In this document: positions 10,701 through 22,516 of the stretch, piece by piece
How the letters are laid out: each line of letters starts with the position of its first letter
Position numbering within the stretch: position 1 is the first letter of the stretch
From: Fonticula-like sp. SCN 57-25
Taxonomy: Eukaryota
Assembly: GCA_001724245.1 (NCBI GenBank)
Contig: MEDX01000680.1
Span: forward strand, 1-44,344
DNA length: 44,344 nt
Reading direction: 5' to 3'
Position numbers and translations under genes: made by a program
The notes under the pieces: model-generated
What the model saw: the letters and a program-made list of their open reading frames with translations, nothing else
Database searches by the model: none
Told to the model about the DNA's origin: nothing

Positions 10701-13700
10701 GCGTAGCCGCTCTTGCAAGTGCCAGACACAGTAGTCCCGCCGAGTGCCTCGGGCCAATCCGACGTATCGGCGGATGTCGCGGCGCACTTCTGCTGCGTGC
10801 ACGGGTCGGTTACCGATGAAGTCCACTGGCCGTTAATGTCGCATGCGCGCTTCGGAGAACCGGTGTATCCCACATGGCACGAGCCGGTTGCCTCGGTCCC
10901 TGCCTTGGTCGAGGGCCACGACTGGTGGCTGCCGTCGTCGCTCACAGCCAAGCAAAAGATCTCTTGGCAAAGTGGAGACGGTGTCGACCAAGAAGCCGAT
11001 AGCGAGCACGATCTCTGAGTGGTGCCGGTGTATCCAGCGTTGCATGTTCCTGTCGTAGAAAATCCGGCCTGCAACGATTCTGGCCATGTAGCACCGAACG
11101 GCGCGTACGATCCGGACTCGTGGGTGCAATACAGCGGCACGCACGGGTCCATAATGACGGAATCCCAAGTGCCATCCTCGCGGCACAGGCGGGACGGCAT
11201 TATCGCAGTGCTGTAACCGGCAACGCAGACGCCATACTCGGTACTTCCGGCTGAACTTGAAGGCCAGTTGGCGTGAGCGTCGTTCACAAGTGCAGGGCAG
11301 GGGTCGGTGCTGCATGGGTTGACTACGTCTGACCACGTCCCATTGTAGAAGCAGTCGCGGGCGGGTAATCCCGAGGTTCCCATCGAACAGGTTCCCGGTA
11401 CAGACGTTGATCCAGCATTGGCTTCCGCCCAAGAGGCCTTGGCGATTGGGTCGGAAATGGGCGCGCACTTTACCTGCTCACAGGAACCAGTAACTCCGCC
11501 CCAGCTACCACTGATATCGCAGGCGCGCTGAGGCGTCCCAGAGAATCCAAGTTCGCAAATTCCCATAACAACGTTTGTTCCGGCGGCAGCGGATTCCCAT
11601 GTAACATGGTTGGACTCGATATGGGGGCAGCGAATTTCTGGACAGAAAATATTGAGCCAGGGAAACGCGACATAAACAGCGGAACGTACGGGTGCACGGG
11701 TTGGTAATGGCGCCGAACGTTCCGTCGGCGCTGCAAGGGCGCGTCGGCGAGCCTGTCCATCCGGCAACGCACGAGCCAGCCGCGATGGTCAGCGAGTCTG
11801 ATTCAACCCACTCGGCGTTACTGTCGGTGATTGCACCACACTTGATTCCTGTACGACGAATTAGAGGCGACAACAAACAGACGGAAACGTACGAGTGCAT
11901 TGCTGTGATAGGGGGGACCAGTTGCCGTAGAAATCACAGTCACGAATTGCCAGGCCTGAATAGCCAGCTGTGCAATTTGCAGAGACATTGGTGGTGCCGG
12001 CCGCAGTACTCGGCCATTCCGCGTTATTGAGGGTGGCAGGCGAACAAAAGATTTCTATACGGGCAAACGTCAGTGCACGATCCTTTGTTGGAGACACGCA
12101 CGGGTGCATGGGTTGGTCACCGTGGACGCCCATTGACCATCGGCTTCGCATTGGCGCGTTGGGGTACCAGAAAAGCCCGCAACGCAGGTACCCTGTGCAA
12201 CAGTGTTCGACGGTGTGTTCACCGGCCATATAGCGTTAAGAGATGTCTCGGCGCCGCAGTGATGACCTGCAAAATTAGATATAAGCAAAAAATACAGCTC
12301 ACAATATTAAAAGTTGCATACGGGTGCACGACGGGTGCACAGTAGTTGACCAACTACCACTCAGCTCGCAGGTGCGCTTAGGCGACCCATAGTAGCCCGA
12401 CACGCAGACGCCAGTCGCAATATCTCCAGAGTTCGTGACAGCCCAGTCCGCCAGCTCATAGGCAAGCTCGTTCGCGCACTTGAGCTCTGCACCAAGCGTC
12501 AACATATATTTGGCACATCACGACAAGGCGCGCGTACGAACGCAGGAGCCAACCATGGCGGCAAAGGTGCCATCACTTTGACAGAGACGCGTTGGGGTAC
12601 CCGCCCAGCCCGCTTCACACTGACCGGCCGAGGTGGCAAATGACAACGCGGTCGGCCAGGTGACGTGATTAGCATTATCCGAGTACCCAGTGCATGACCT
12701 CTCTGAAACGAAAATCTTAAGTGGTTTATAATAAATCATGAGGCGCGCACGTGTACACGGCTGGGTGACAGAACCCCAAGTGCCGGCCGCGCTGCAGGTG
12801 CATTGCGGGCTTCCCGAGTAGCCATCCGCACATGATCCTGTGGCGACCTCCAAGCTGTCGGTCAATGGAAAAGATGCGGTGCCAATCGTGGTCGCTTGGC
12901 ACACATTACCTATTCGAAGTCAGTGAGCTACGCATGAGACACGCGACGAGGACGCACGGTCGCAGCTGTTGGACACGGTTGACCACACTCCGTTTACAGT
13001 ACACTCCCTAGACGGCGTGCCTTCGCCGCTGTATCCGCTCAAGCAAGTTCCCGTTGCAGTGACACCGGCATTCGTGATAGGGAAATGGGCATTACCAGAA
13101 GAGCCCGCAGCGCATGTGAGTTCTAGAAAGGATACCGCATGTTGAATATAACAAACTAAACCATGGCAATACTTCACAAAAGCTGCGCACTTGTACAGGG
13201 GCTAGATACGGCGCCCCACTGCGCGTTTAAGCACGCGGCGGTAGGCGAGCCGCCGTACGTCGAGAGGCACGTGCCCGTGCCAACGGCTGCGTGAGGGGTT
13301 GTTGGGAAATTGGCATTGCCCATGGTGGTAGCCGCACAGGAGCTCACTAATGGATACGGCGCGTGAGAGAGGGTCCAAAGGAGAGCGGGGTAATACCGGT
13401 GCAAGACGCGCCGCTGCCCATGTATCCACTATTGCACACGCACATATTGTTTGCGTTGCAGCTGGCGTTAACGTCGCAGGTTGTGTAGTCAAACTTGATA
13501 TAGGGCTTGTTGTTCTTACCATGCCAGCACGACATTTGGCCGTTCTGGTTATGGGTCACGCGCAACGAGGCCTGTAAAGCAGGCTCACATCAGTTTCAAC
13601 AACCATCCGCGGTACCCGTACCGCAGATGCGCTTTGGCGAACTGCAGCATTCAACATGGAGGCGGATAAGGTAATGGAATACCATCTAATAAAAGCACAT

Positions 13701-14408
13701 CACTCGTAAACAACAGCCCTTCTGCAGAGAATGTACTTACGTTCCGCTGTACGAGGTGTAGGTAGATTGTGTCCTTTGCCCCAGGTGGCTCGACATCGAA
13801 GGCTGGTTGTTCCAATAAAGGTTCGTATGCACCCTGCCACGGCATAAGTGGGAGGAATTAAAAGAAAATCAAGTGCCGCACCATGTGGTTGGAGGAACCT
13901 CTGTGACGACGTTCATTCCGCTAGTCGGCTTGCGGCAAATTTCGATGCCAAAGATCTTGACGGTGTAATTGTTCATGTAGAGCATCGGGGTTCCACTTGC
14001 ACAGAAGCGAGAGGGAGTAGGCTGGCATCATTGTTAAGCACCAAGCATACAAGCAAGTACTTGCGAACGTACAGCCGCTGCTGCAAAATTGAAGTGCATG
14101 TACCCCACCATGGCCGGAGAATTGCTGGCTCCCATCGTGTAAATGTAGCCCTCGCTCCCTTTTGAGCATCGTCAGCTACCATAAACAGCTCTACATGAGA
14201 ACCGAACCTGCTTCATATTTCGAGTTTGCCGATGACTTTTGCGTGCTCGCGCCATTGATGAATGTGGCCGTGTTTGCGTTTTGGCCCACCGCGACTGTTA
14301 AAAAAAAAAGGTGAGAGATGAGGTGTGAGCCACGGAGAGGCGGCCGCGCGTACGAGCAGGCAGCAAGAGGAGGATGAGGGCCACAACCCCTCTCTTTACT
14401 TTCCCCAT
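7706..14408 (-). CDS. Receptor pseudokinase A: signal peptide, DNRLRE/CBM96-like domain, EGF, 21 HormR-like Cys repeats, 2 FN3, TM, inactive TKL-like kinase; 16 exons
   Basis: ATG at 14408 (MGKVKRGVVALILLLLPA). GT-AG introns at 14295-14353, 14159-14207, 14022-14072, 13834-13881, 13686-13740, 13572-13621, 13347-13396, 13123-13190, 12910-12957, 12703-12750, 12487-12537, 12267-12321, 12055-12101, 11849-11892 and 11638-11689 give one continuous frame. TM helix is followed by RRRRRR; kinase has HRSL and NLS in place of HRDL and DFG. Confidence 0.88.
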
Positions 14409-14989
14409 CGCGGCCAGGGTGATCAAAAGATCTCCGCAGGGAGTGGAGTGAAGAGCAGGGCAGGGCGCGCGATTCTTTCTTTCCAAACGGAGACTGCCCA
14501 ATAAGGTAGGTTGTGCTCAGGGGCAGTGATCGGATGCCCAATCGTGTTTGGTGGGGCTATTTTTCCAGTCAGCTCCGACCAATTAATATTTAGAGAAGAA
14601 TGTTAAGGCTCCCGCGAGGATGAGCGTGAAAGAGGCCGCAAAAACAGGGGTGGACTCTGCTGCCCCTGGCGTTTCAGTTTGGCGGTTGGATAAACGCTCG
14701 TGCTACAGCCGTGCGGTTTCGTCGGCACGATGACGCGCTGAATGCGCGTGATGCTACTTCGTAATCGACCCTTCATGCCGCTGTGGCAGCAATAGAATGT
14801 GACATCAGCCCGGACCAAAACGAACATACTGAGAAAAAACACGGGAACCCATACACTTAAAACGTCTGGCTGGCAGTGCAAAACAACATAGTCAACATTG
14901 TACAAAAATGTGGATTTATTTTTACAGTAATCATCGTGTTTAAAATCGGAATGATACAACTCGCTATTCACGTTCGACAAACGTGCGCT

Positions 14990-15787
14990 CTAAAGTCCAT
15001 TTGCCTTGAAAAACTGTGTCAGAATATTGAGCACCACGTCGGTCTGTTCGCGGTGCGGCACGTGCCCACACTTTTGCAGCAAGTGCATCTCGCCGCGGCC
15101 AAGGTCGCAGTACATCTGCGGCTGCTTTGGGGAGCCAAACTCATCCAGGTCGCCGTGAATGACGAGGAGCGGGCTCTTAATACCGGGCAGGTCACCAGCC
15201 ACCGTCCACGACAAGTACCTCGGGTCGAGCCACGTGTCTGTCCAAGCGCGGACAACCCATTCCGCTTTCTCGCCGTGATACCTTTTCAGCCGCTCGAGCT
15301 GCTGGGGAACGGCAAAGTTGGCTTTAGCCTCCCTGACGCCTTGCAAAGTGCGCTCCTCAACAAACGCCTGCCCAGACTCGGTAACTACCGCGATGCACGA
15401 ATCAGCAAGGTTGCTCGCAGCGACGGCCGCCATCGGTCCACCGACGCTGTGGCCAAAGAGAACAAACTTGGACGCCTTGAAAGAGTCGAGGACGGCCGGC
15501 AGAAAGTGAGACGACTCATCCTGAATAAAGGTAAGGGGCATGTCCTCCAGACGAGCATCAGAGCGGCCGTAGCCGAGCCGGTCATAGGCGATGACCTTGC
15601 GACCCGCCGCGTGAGCAAGCTGCTCGGGAAAGTCGCGCCACAGCTCAACGCATCCCAATGAGTCGTGCAGCAGCACAATGGGCTCGGCCTTGGTCAGCTG
15701 CACTGGATTCCACTCCCTTGCAAAAAGCTTGCCTTGCCGAACCGGGACAAAGCGGTCGACCACCGCGGCGAGCCGACGAGCAGCCAT
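14990..15787 (-). CDS. Alpha/beta-fold hydrolase, bacterial style, 265 aa, intronless
   Basis: LLHDSLG, YDRLGYGRSD, nucleophile elbow GHSVGG, IHGDLDEFG (acid) and CGHVPH (His). Confidence 0.92.
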   Translation of the reverse strand: MAARRLAAVVDRFVPVRQGKLFAREWNPVQLTKAEPIVLLHDSLGCVELWRDFPEQLAHAAGRKVIAYDRLGYGRSDARLEDMPLTFIQDESSHFLPAVLDSFKASKFVLFGHSVGGPMAAVAASNLADSCIAVVTESGQAFVEERTLQGVREAKANFAVPQQLERLKRYHGEKAEWVVRAWTDTWLDPRYLSWTVAGDLPGIKSPLLVIHGDLDEFGSPKQPQMYCDLGRGEMHLLQKCGHVPHREQTDVVLNILTQFFKANGL

Positions 15788-16294
15788 TCTTGTACAATCC
15801 AGGGTGGAATCTTACCTGTCGGGCGGCATGCTTACCAATCGAAATAACCATCAAAGACTGCGAAGGATGTCGGCCTGTGTTCCACGCAAAAAGTAAAAGG
15901 ACCCTATACCGGCCCGCTCGTAAAATGCCCGGAGGACCGTATACAGGCCCGCTCATTCGCGCGCGTGATCTAGAGACAACTATTAACGTCAACGCCTATC
16001 CCACCTCATCATGTGCCGCAGTGCTTCATGTATAACCATGTATATTGAGCTTTTTGTTAAAAGGGGCAGTTTGCATGATGACGCAAGAAAATAGCAAACA
16101 GGTTTATTGAGTACTGGGTTAATATATGGATGGAAGCGCTTCTTAGCGATCCCGCTGGCTACATAGTACAAACGAGGGAGCAACCTGGAACAAAACAAAA
16201 CCAATGGGAGTGAACAACAAGGTGTCAGCGCGACATATGCTATAATCTAAACTTGAGTGTAAACACATGCGAAGAGAGGAAAGAAAGAGGACGC

Positions 16295-19200
16295 CTACTG
16301 GGCGGAGAGCTCAGAGAGAGACGCCAGCTTGCTGTTGATTTCCACAATGGTGGGGCGAGCGGACACGTCGAGCGTAAAGATGGCGCTGACGAGGTCGGCC
16401 AGCCACACGCGCGCGTCGTCGGTGCGCGGCACCTGAAGGAACTCTCCGGCGGTCACCTTGCGCTCAATCTCGTCGGGCGACACGCCGCGGAACGGCACCT
16501 GGCGAGCGGCAATCTCCCAGAAGATGACGCCGGCGGCATAAACGTCGATGGCCATGTCGTTGCCCAGGGTCCACTCGGCCGAGGGCTCGCGCAGCTGGGC
16601 AAAGGCCTCGGGCGCGAGGTTGGCCACGAAAGCCGACGAGAGCGTGACAGGGCGCAGCACGTCGCTCGAGGTGTGTGCGCTCGAAAAGTCGCTGAGGACG
16701 GGCGTCGGGTAGTGATCGCCCGCGGCGGGCGCCTGCAGGAGAATGTTGACCGAGCTCAGGTTGCAGTGCGCGACCTGCATCGAGTGCGCAGCGTTGAGGC
16801 CAGAAGCGACGCCATTCACAAGGTGGAACACGTAGTCGGGCTCGAGAGGAGACGAGCTGTCCGCGCCAGTGTGCAGCATGGCATTAAGGCTCGTCGAGTA
16901 CAGGCGCGTCACAATGGTGAGCGGCTCATCAGTGTAGCCGACGAGGGAGGCCACGTTCGGGTGGAACGAGAGCGACCACATGAGAGCGACCTCGTTGTGG
17001 AAGACCTCGGTGACCATCTCCTCGGAAAGACCAGCGTCGTTGACAAAGTGGCGAACAGCAATGTCGTTGGTGCCGATGCGCAGCGCGACAGCCGCGTCAA
17101 GCAGGGTGGCCTTCTCAACACGCTTGGAGTCGCCGGCAAGGCCCTTGGGCTGGATCGCTTGGTTGAACTCGAGACGCAGGAAGCCGGGGAGGGCAACCTC
17201 GAGCACGGTGTTCACAATCGTCTGGTCAGCGCCGGAAAGGTGGGTGGTCGAGTCAGCGTGGCGCATGCTGCCGCGCGAGTTGGACAGCGTCTTGCGGTAC
17301 TCGCGCAGCGATGCGAGCGCGTCAGAGCCACCAAACGAGTCCAGGTTTTCCTCGGTAACGCGGCGGCGGCGGCGAATGATTACAATCACCATAACGAGGA
17401 TGATGATGCAAACAACCACAGCGCCCGCAGTTGCACCAGCAATAATGCTTCCCTGGACGCCGAGACTGGGATCCTCCACGATATTGTCGGTCGACGACTT
17501 GGTGGTCGTCGTCAGGCGAGCACCGACCTGCTCCGTCTCGTTGTTGCGGCCCGCCAGGATCAACACCTCGTAGCGGCGGCCTTCCTCCAGATCAGAGATG
17601 GTCAGCTCGCCGGCGCTCGCATCCACGACCTGGCTAAGGACAAAGCCGTCGCTCGCATCGCGCGTGGCCGTCGTGGCGTTAAGAATGCGATAATATGACT
17701 CGTAGTACTGGGCGAGCGGCGACGCGCTCCACGTGAGGGTCAGCGAGTCAGAGGTGGACGCAGACAGCGTGAGACCGCCGGCCGGGGGAATGTACGTCTT
17801 GGTGGAAATGACGGCACCGGCGAGGTCGTTGTAGGCGCCGTCGCGTCCGTTTGCAGTTACGCGGAACTGGAAGACCGTGTCGGGGAACAGACCAAGCACG
17901 GAAATGGTACGGTTCGAAAAACCGATGGCCTGGCCAAAGTTGGCAATGGTAAAGGAGCCAGCACCCATCGCAATCTCCACGCGGAAAGTCGAGTTGAGCG
18001 TCGTGTTGAACACATCCCACTCAAGGTCAACGGACGTTGAAGTCTTGCTCACCCAAGTAAGGTTGACGATGTTACCATTGTTCTCGACAGGGATCAAGAC
18101 GCAGGGATTGGAAAAGGCCTCCTCCCAGGTACCGTTGGCATAGCACGCGCGGGACGGCGGGCCATCGGGCGAAATTTCGTAGCCGGTAGGGCAGTTGCCG
18201 GTGCTGTTGGATCCGGGGGAAGCGCGAGGGAAGTACGTCATGCCAACGGTGGCGGCGGGGCAGTCCTCGTACAGAATGACGCACGGGTTGCTGATAGGAC
18301 CCCACGTGCCATCCAGCGTGCAGTTACGAACGGGCGTTCCAGTGAAGCCACTCACGCACTCGCCGACAGCAGTGAAGCCGGCCTGAGTGGTGCTCCACTG
18401 AGCAGACTCGGCGAGCACCTCGGCGCAACGCAACACCTCGCAAGGGTCCGAAATAGCACCCCACTGGCCGTCGGCGTCGCAGGTACGGCTCGGCGACCCA
18501 AAGTAGCCCGGGTTGCAGACGCCGTCAGTGGGAGAGCCAGAGAGCGCCTCGGGCCACTGTGCAAACTCTTCCTCGACTGGCGGGCACTTGTTCTGAACGC
18601 AGCCGTTGGTGACAGGGCCCCAGGAACCATCAAGCTCGCAGGGGCGCGACGGGCTACCCGAGAAGCCCACCTTGCAAGTGCCCGACGCGGACGAACCGGC
18701 GGCGGTAGCGGGCCAGTTGGCGTTCTCAAAGTCACCCGCGGAGCAGGTGAGCTGCGAGCAGGTGCCAACAATCTCGGACCAGGCGCCGCTGATGGAGCAG
18801 TCGCGCGTGATAGTTCCCGTCGAGCCGGCCGGGCAGACGCCGGCCACTCCGCCCGTGCCAGCATCGGCAGCGCTCCACGAACCAAACGCGCCCTCGTCAA
18901 CGGCGGCGCACTGAATACGCTGGCAAGGATGGTCAACTTCGGTCGAGTAGACGCCAAGCGCCGAGCAGTTGCGCGAGGGCGTGCCGAACCAGCCCGCAAG
19001 GCACGTCCCGGAGACTCCATCGGTCATCGAATCGGCAGCGGGCCACGAAGCATGAAGGTAATCAGCGGCAGCGCCACACTTGAGACGGTCACACGATCCG
19101 GAAGGAGTGCCCCATACGGCACCGGCGGAGCACGGGCGAGTAGGCGTGGCCGAAGGAGAGCCGTATCCAACATCGCACGAACCCGACGCGACCGAACCGG

Positions 19201-22200
19201 CGTTGGTTGACGGCCAGTTGATATTATCAGTGTGGTCGGCCGGGCAGCCCAGCAGGACGCATGTGCCGCTAATGGAACCCCAAAGGCCATCGATAGAGCA
19301 AGTGCGTGTGACGGTGCCATAGTAGCCATCAACGCAGGCACCGGTGGCAGTCGAACCGCCAACCGTTTCGTTCCAGCGAGCATTGCCGTTCTGCTCAGCG
19401 AGGCAGCGCTTCTTGGTGCAGGGGTCATTCACCGTCTCGCTCCACTGACCGGTAACCAGGCACGCGCGGGTCGGGGCACCTTCATAGCCAGTTGCGCAAA
19501 TGCCGGTGGCCGTCTGACTGGCAACGGTAGCGGGCCACGAGGTAATACCGTCGCTGGGAAGCGCAGGACACTGAATGGCCTGGCACAAAGGCGAAGGAGT
19601 CCCCCAAACGCCGTCGAGAGAACACGAGCGTGAGGTGGTTCCAGTAAAGCCAGGGTTGCATTCGCCGGAAGCCGTCAAGCCAGCCTGGACGGACGCGGGC
19701 CACTGCGCGTTGAACGAATCAGACGGGGAAGGAGTGGTGCAGTAAATAGGCTCGCAAGGATTTGTGATCTCGTTGCTCCACTTGCCGTCAAAGGTGCATT
19801 CGCGCTGCGGAGGCAGGTCGCTCCGATACCCAGGAACGCATTCTCCTGTGACAATCTCGCTAACTCCGGGCGCAGCCGGCCAGTTGGCGTTCTTGTCATT
19901 GCTGAGAGCAGTGCAAGGGATGTACGAGCACGGGTTGGACGTCGCCGACCACGTGCCGTTGAAGAAGCAATCACGAGCAGGCCGGCCGTTGGTACCCGCG
20001 TAGCACTCGCCTTCCACGCCCGACGACCCAGCATTCGCCGCGGGGAAGGTGGCCATCGCATCGGCATCATCGGCGGAAGAGCAGGTAAGCTGAACGCAAT
20101 CGCCCGAGATGGGGGTCCAAATGCCAGTAATGGTGCAATCACGAGAAGGAGAACCCGCAAAGCCAGGAGAGCAAGCGCCCGCAACGCCCGACGAGCCAGC
20201 ATTGGTCGCGGGCCAGACAGCATCGCCCTCAGTGCTGACAGGGCACTGGATGTGAACGCAAGGGTTCACGATAGCACTGAACGTCCCGTCCGCCTGGCAG
20301 GTGCGCGAAGGCGATCCCGTGAAGCCAGCATCGCAGGTGCCAGAAGCCGTGTTGAACGAGTCCGTCTCGGGCCAAGCCGCGTTACCCTCAGAGATGGTAG
20401 GGCACTTGACACGAGCACACAGCGTCTTGGGAGTGGCCCAGTTACCATAAAAGTCACAGTCGCGAACAGCAACGCCAGAGTAACCAGGTTCACAGGCGCC
20501 ATTCACATTCGAAGAGCCGGCCAGAGTAAGGCTCCATTGCGCGTTGAACGTGAGCTCGGCGGGACATTCATACGGAAGACAGGGGTTCGACACTTCAGTC
20601 TCCCATGTACCCGCAGCACTGCACTTGAGAGATGGGCTTCCAAAGTACCCAGCCACGCATGTTCCAACGGCGATGGTATCCGACAGCGTGTTGGCAGGCC
20701 AGTTTGCATTCGCGAACGTGTAGGCAGGGCAAACGTTGCGGACGCAAGACGGCGAAACGGTCGCTGACCACTCGCCTGAAATCTGACAGGCGCGCTGCGG
20801 GGTGCCCGAGTATCCTGAAACGCACGTGCCCGTTGCGACAGTCCCCGCGTTGGCAGAAGGCCACTGGGCGTTGCCAAATGAAGGATCCCCGGGGCAAACC
20901 TTGGGGACGCACGGATTGCTAATGGTACCCCATGCGCCCATCGCGGTACACTCACGAGTCGGGGTCCCCTGGAAGCCGGCAGCACAGGTACCCGTCGCAG
21001 TAGAAAGAGCGTTCGTCTGCGGCCACTGGACGTTGTTCGCAAGGTCATTGAAGGCAGAGCATACAATCCTTGTGCACGCATTGGAGACGGGGCCCCACAC
21101 TCCGGACGCAGAGCAAGTGCTTGATGGGCTTCCGCTGTAACCCGCATCGCAGGTGCCAGTGGCGGGAGTATTGCTGGGGGTGGAGGGGAAAGTGGCCGTG
21201 TCAATCTTCTGCTGCGAGCAATAAATGCGCGTGCAGGTTGCCGTAGGTGCCGCCCACACTCCGTTACCGTTGCAGGCGCGAGCTCCCGAACCGGACCATC
21301 CACTTTGGCAGGTACCAGTGGCAGAGGTACCGGCATTGGTAACCGGGAACCATGTGCCGTCGACAGTTTCGGCAGCGCATGTGAGCATGATACAGGGGCG
21401 CGAAACAGCGCCCCAAACGCCGTTGGTACAGGTAGCCGTAGGCGCACCCCCATTAGGCCCGTAATTGCTTAGGCAAACTCCACTAGAAGTAGAGCCGCTG
21501 GACGTGTAGGGGAAGTTGGCATTGCCCATCGCGGTGGCCGGGCACGCGCTGACAGCGCAAGAAATGCCATTACCAGAGTACCCGGGCTTGCAAACGCAAT
21601 TTCCGCTGACGCAGTTGGCGTTCACGTCGCAAGTCGAGTAATCGAACGCAATGTACGAGCGGTACGTCCACCAGTACGAATTATAGGTTTCGTAGCAGGA
21701 TTGACTGCTTAACGGAGAACGGAAGCGAATGCCGGTCTATAACAAAATATTAGAACAGGCCGATAAATAGTCCACCAACGCACGCTATACTTGTTCTGAC
21801 GAACCGCGAGGTTGACGATGTCAGGGCTAATATTCATGTGGAACCAGCTAGCAGGCGATGGTGAGATTTTACTGCAGCCGGACATTGCCGATAACGCACT
21901 AATCACTGGTGTAGGTCATGTAATTTACGGTCGTCGAGGCAAGGGAAGAGCCGAGCGACGGCTGATTATTCCAGGTGATCCCACTTGCCGACCTGCAAAG
22001 AAAATGGTGAGTAAATAAAAAGCAAGACAGCGCAAAAGCAAAACGTACCAAGAAGAAGTAGGAGCATCCACTTGCCACTGCGAATAGGCGGTCGGAGCGT
22101 AGCATACATCATGGTAATTTACATAGAAACGAGGCTGCCCGCTTGCGCAAAAGCGGTTTGCATCAGGTGCGACTCCTGAAAAGTCATACTGCTGGTACGC

Positions 22201-22516
22201 GACCATGGTCGGACCGGAACCATTACCCCACACGTAAACCAGTCCGCGATAAAGGACGGCTAGAAAAACAAACGAATACGTCAGGCAAGGCAATCTTGTT
22301 ATTGAGAACGCACCCGAGTTGTAATTAGTGGCGGGGTTCGTACTCCAAGTGGTAGCCGAGGTAATGGCATATGCCCGGTTGTTGTACTGGGCCGAGCCTA
22401 GACCATCCAAGCAAACGTTAGCAAGAGGGCAGAACCGTGTCACCGCACGCACAGAGAGAAACGAGCCCTGCCACAAGCAGCGCCTTGAGCAAGGCGCCGC
22501 CCCTGTGAACGGCCAT
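16295..22516 (-). CDS. Receptor pseudokinase B, paralog of A with identical domain order; 6 exons
   Basis: ATG at 22516 (MAVHRGGALLKALLVAGLVSLCSAQ). Introns at 22398-22452, 22260-22313, 21993-22048, 21848-21899 and 21737-21783, then one 5.4 kb exon (21736-16295) with EGF, 21 Cys repeats, 2 FN3, TM + RRRRR and a kinase with IAVR, HCNL, DFS. Confidence 0.9.

Noticed and set aside
7706-11767. ORF-track start MPDGQARR for a 1353-aa protein
   Set aside because: The first ~43 aa are an out-of-frame exon plus intron 11638-11689; the real gene starts at 14408.
13622-13641. Possible 20-nt micro-exon after TGCAG
   Set aside because: The upstream acceptor at 13686 gives the correct phase and a peptide (WYSITLSASMLNAAVRQ) homologous to paralog B.
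16253-17698. 481-aa plus-strand ORF, and similar long antisense ORFs at 27497-28864, 26163-27170, 33310-34608, 40291-41511, 31654-32589 and 14876-15661
   Set aside because: They are antisense shadows of real high-GC3 genes and have no recognisable motifs.
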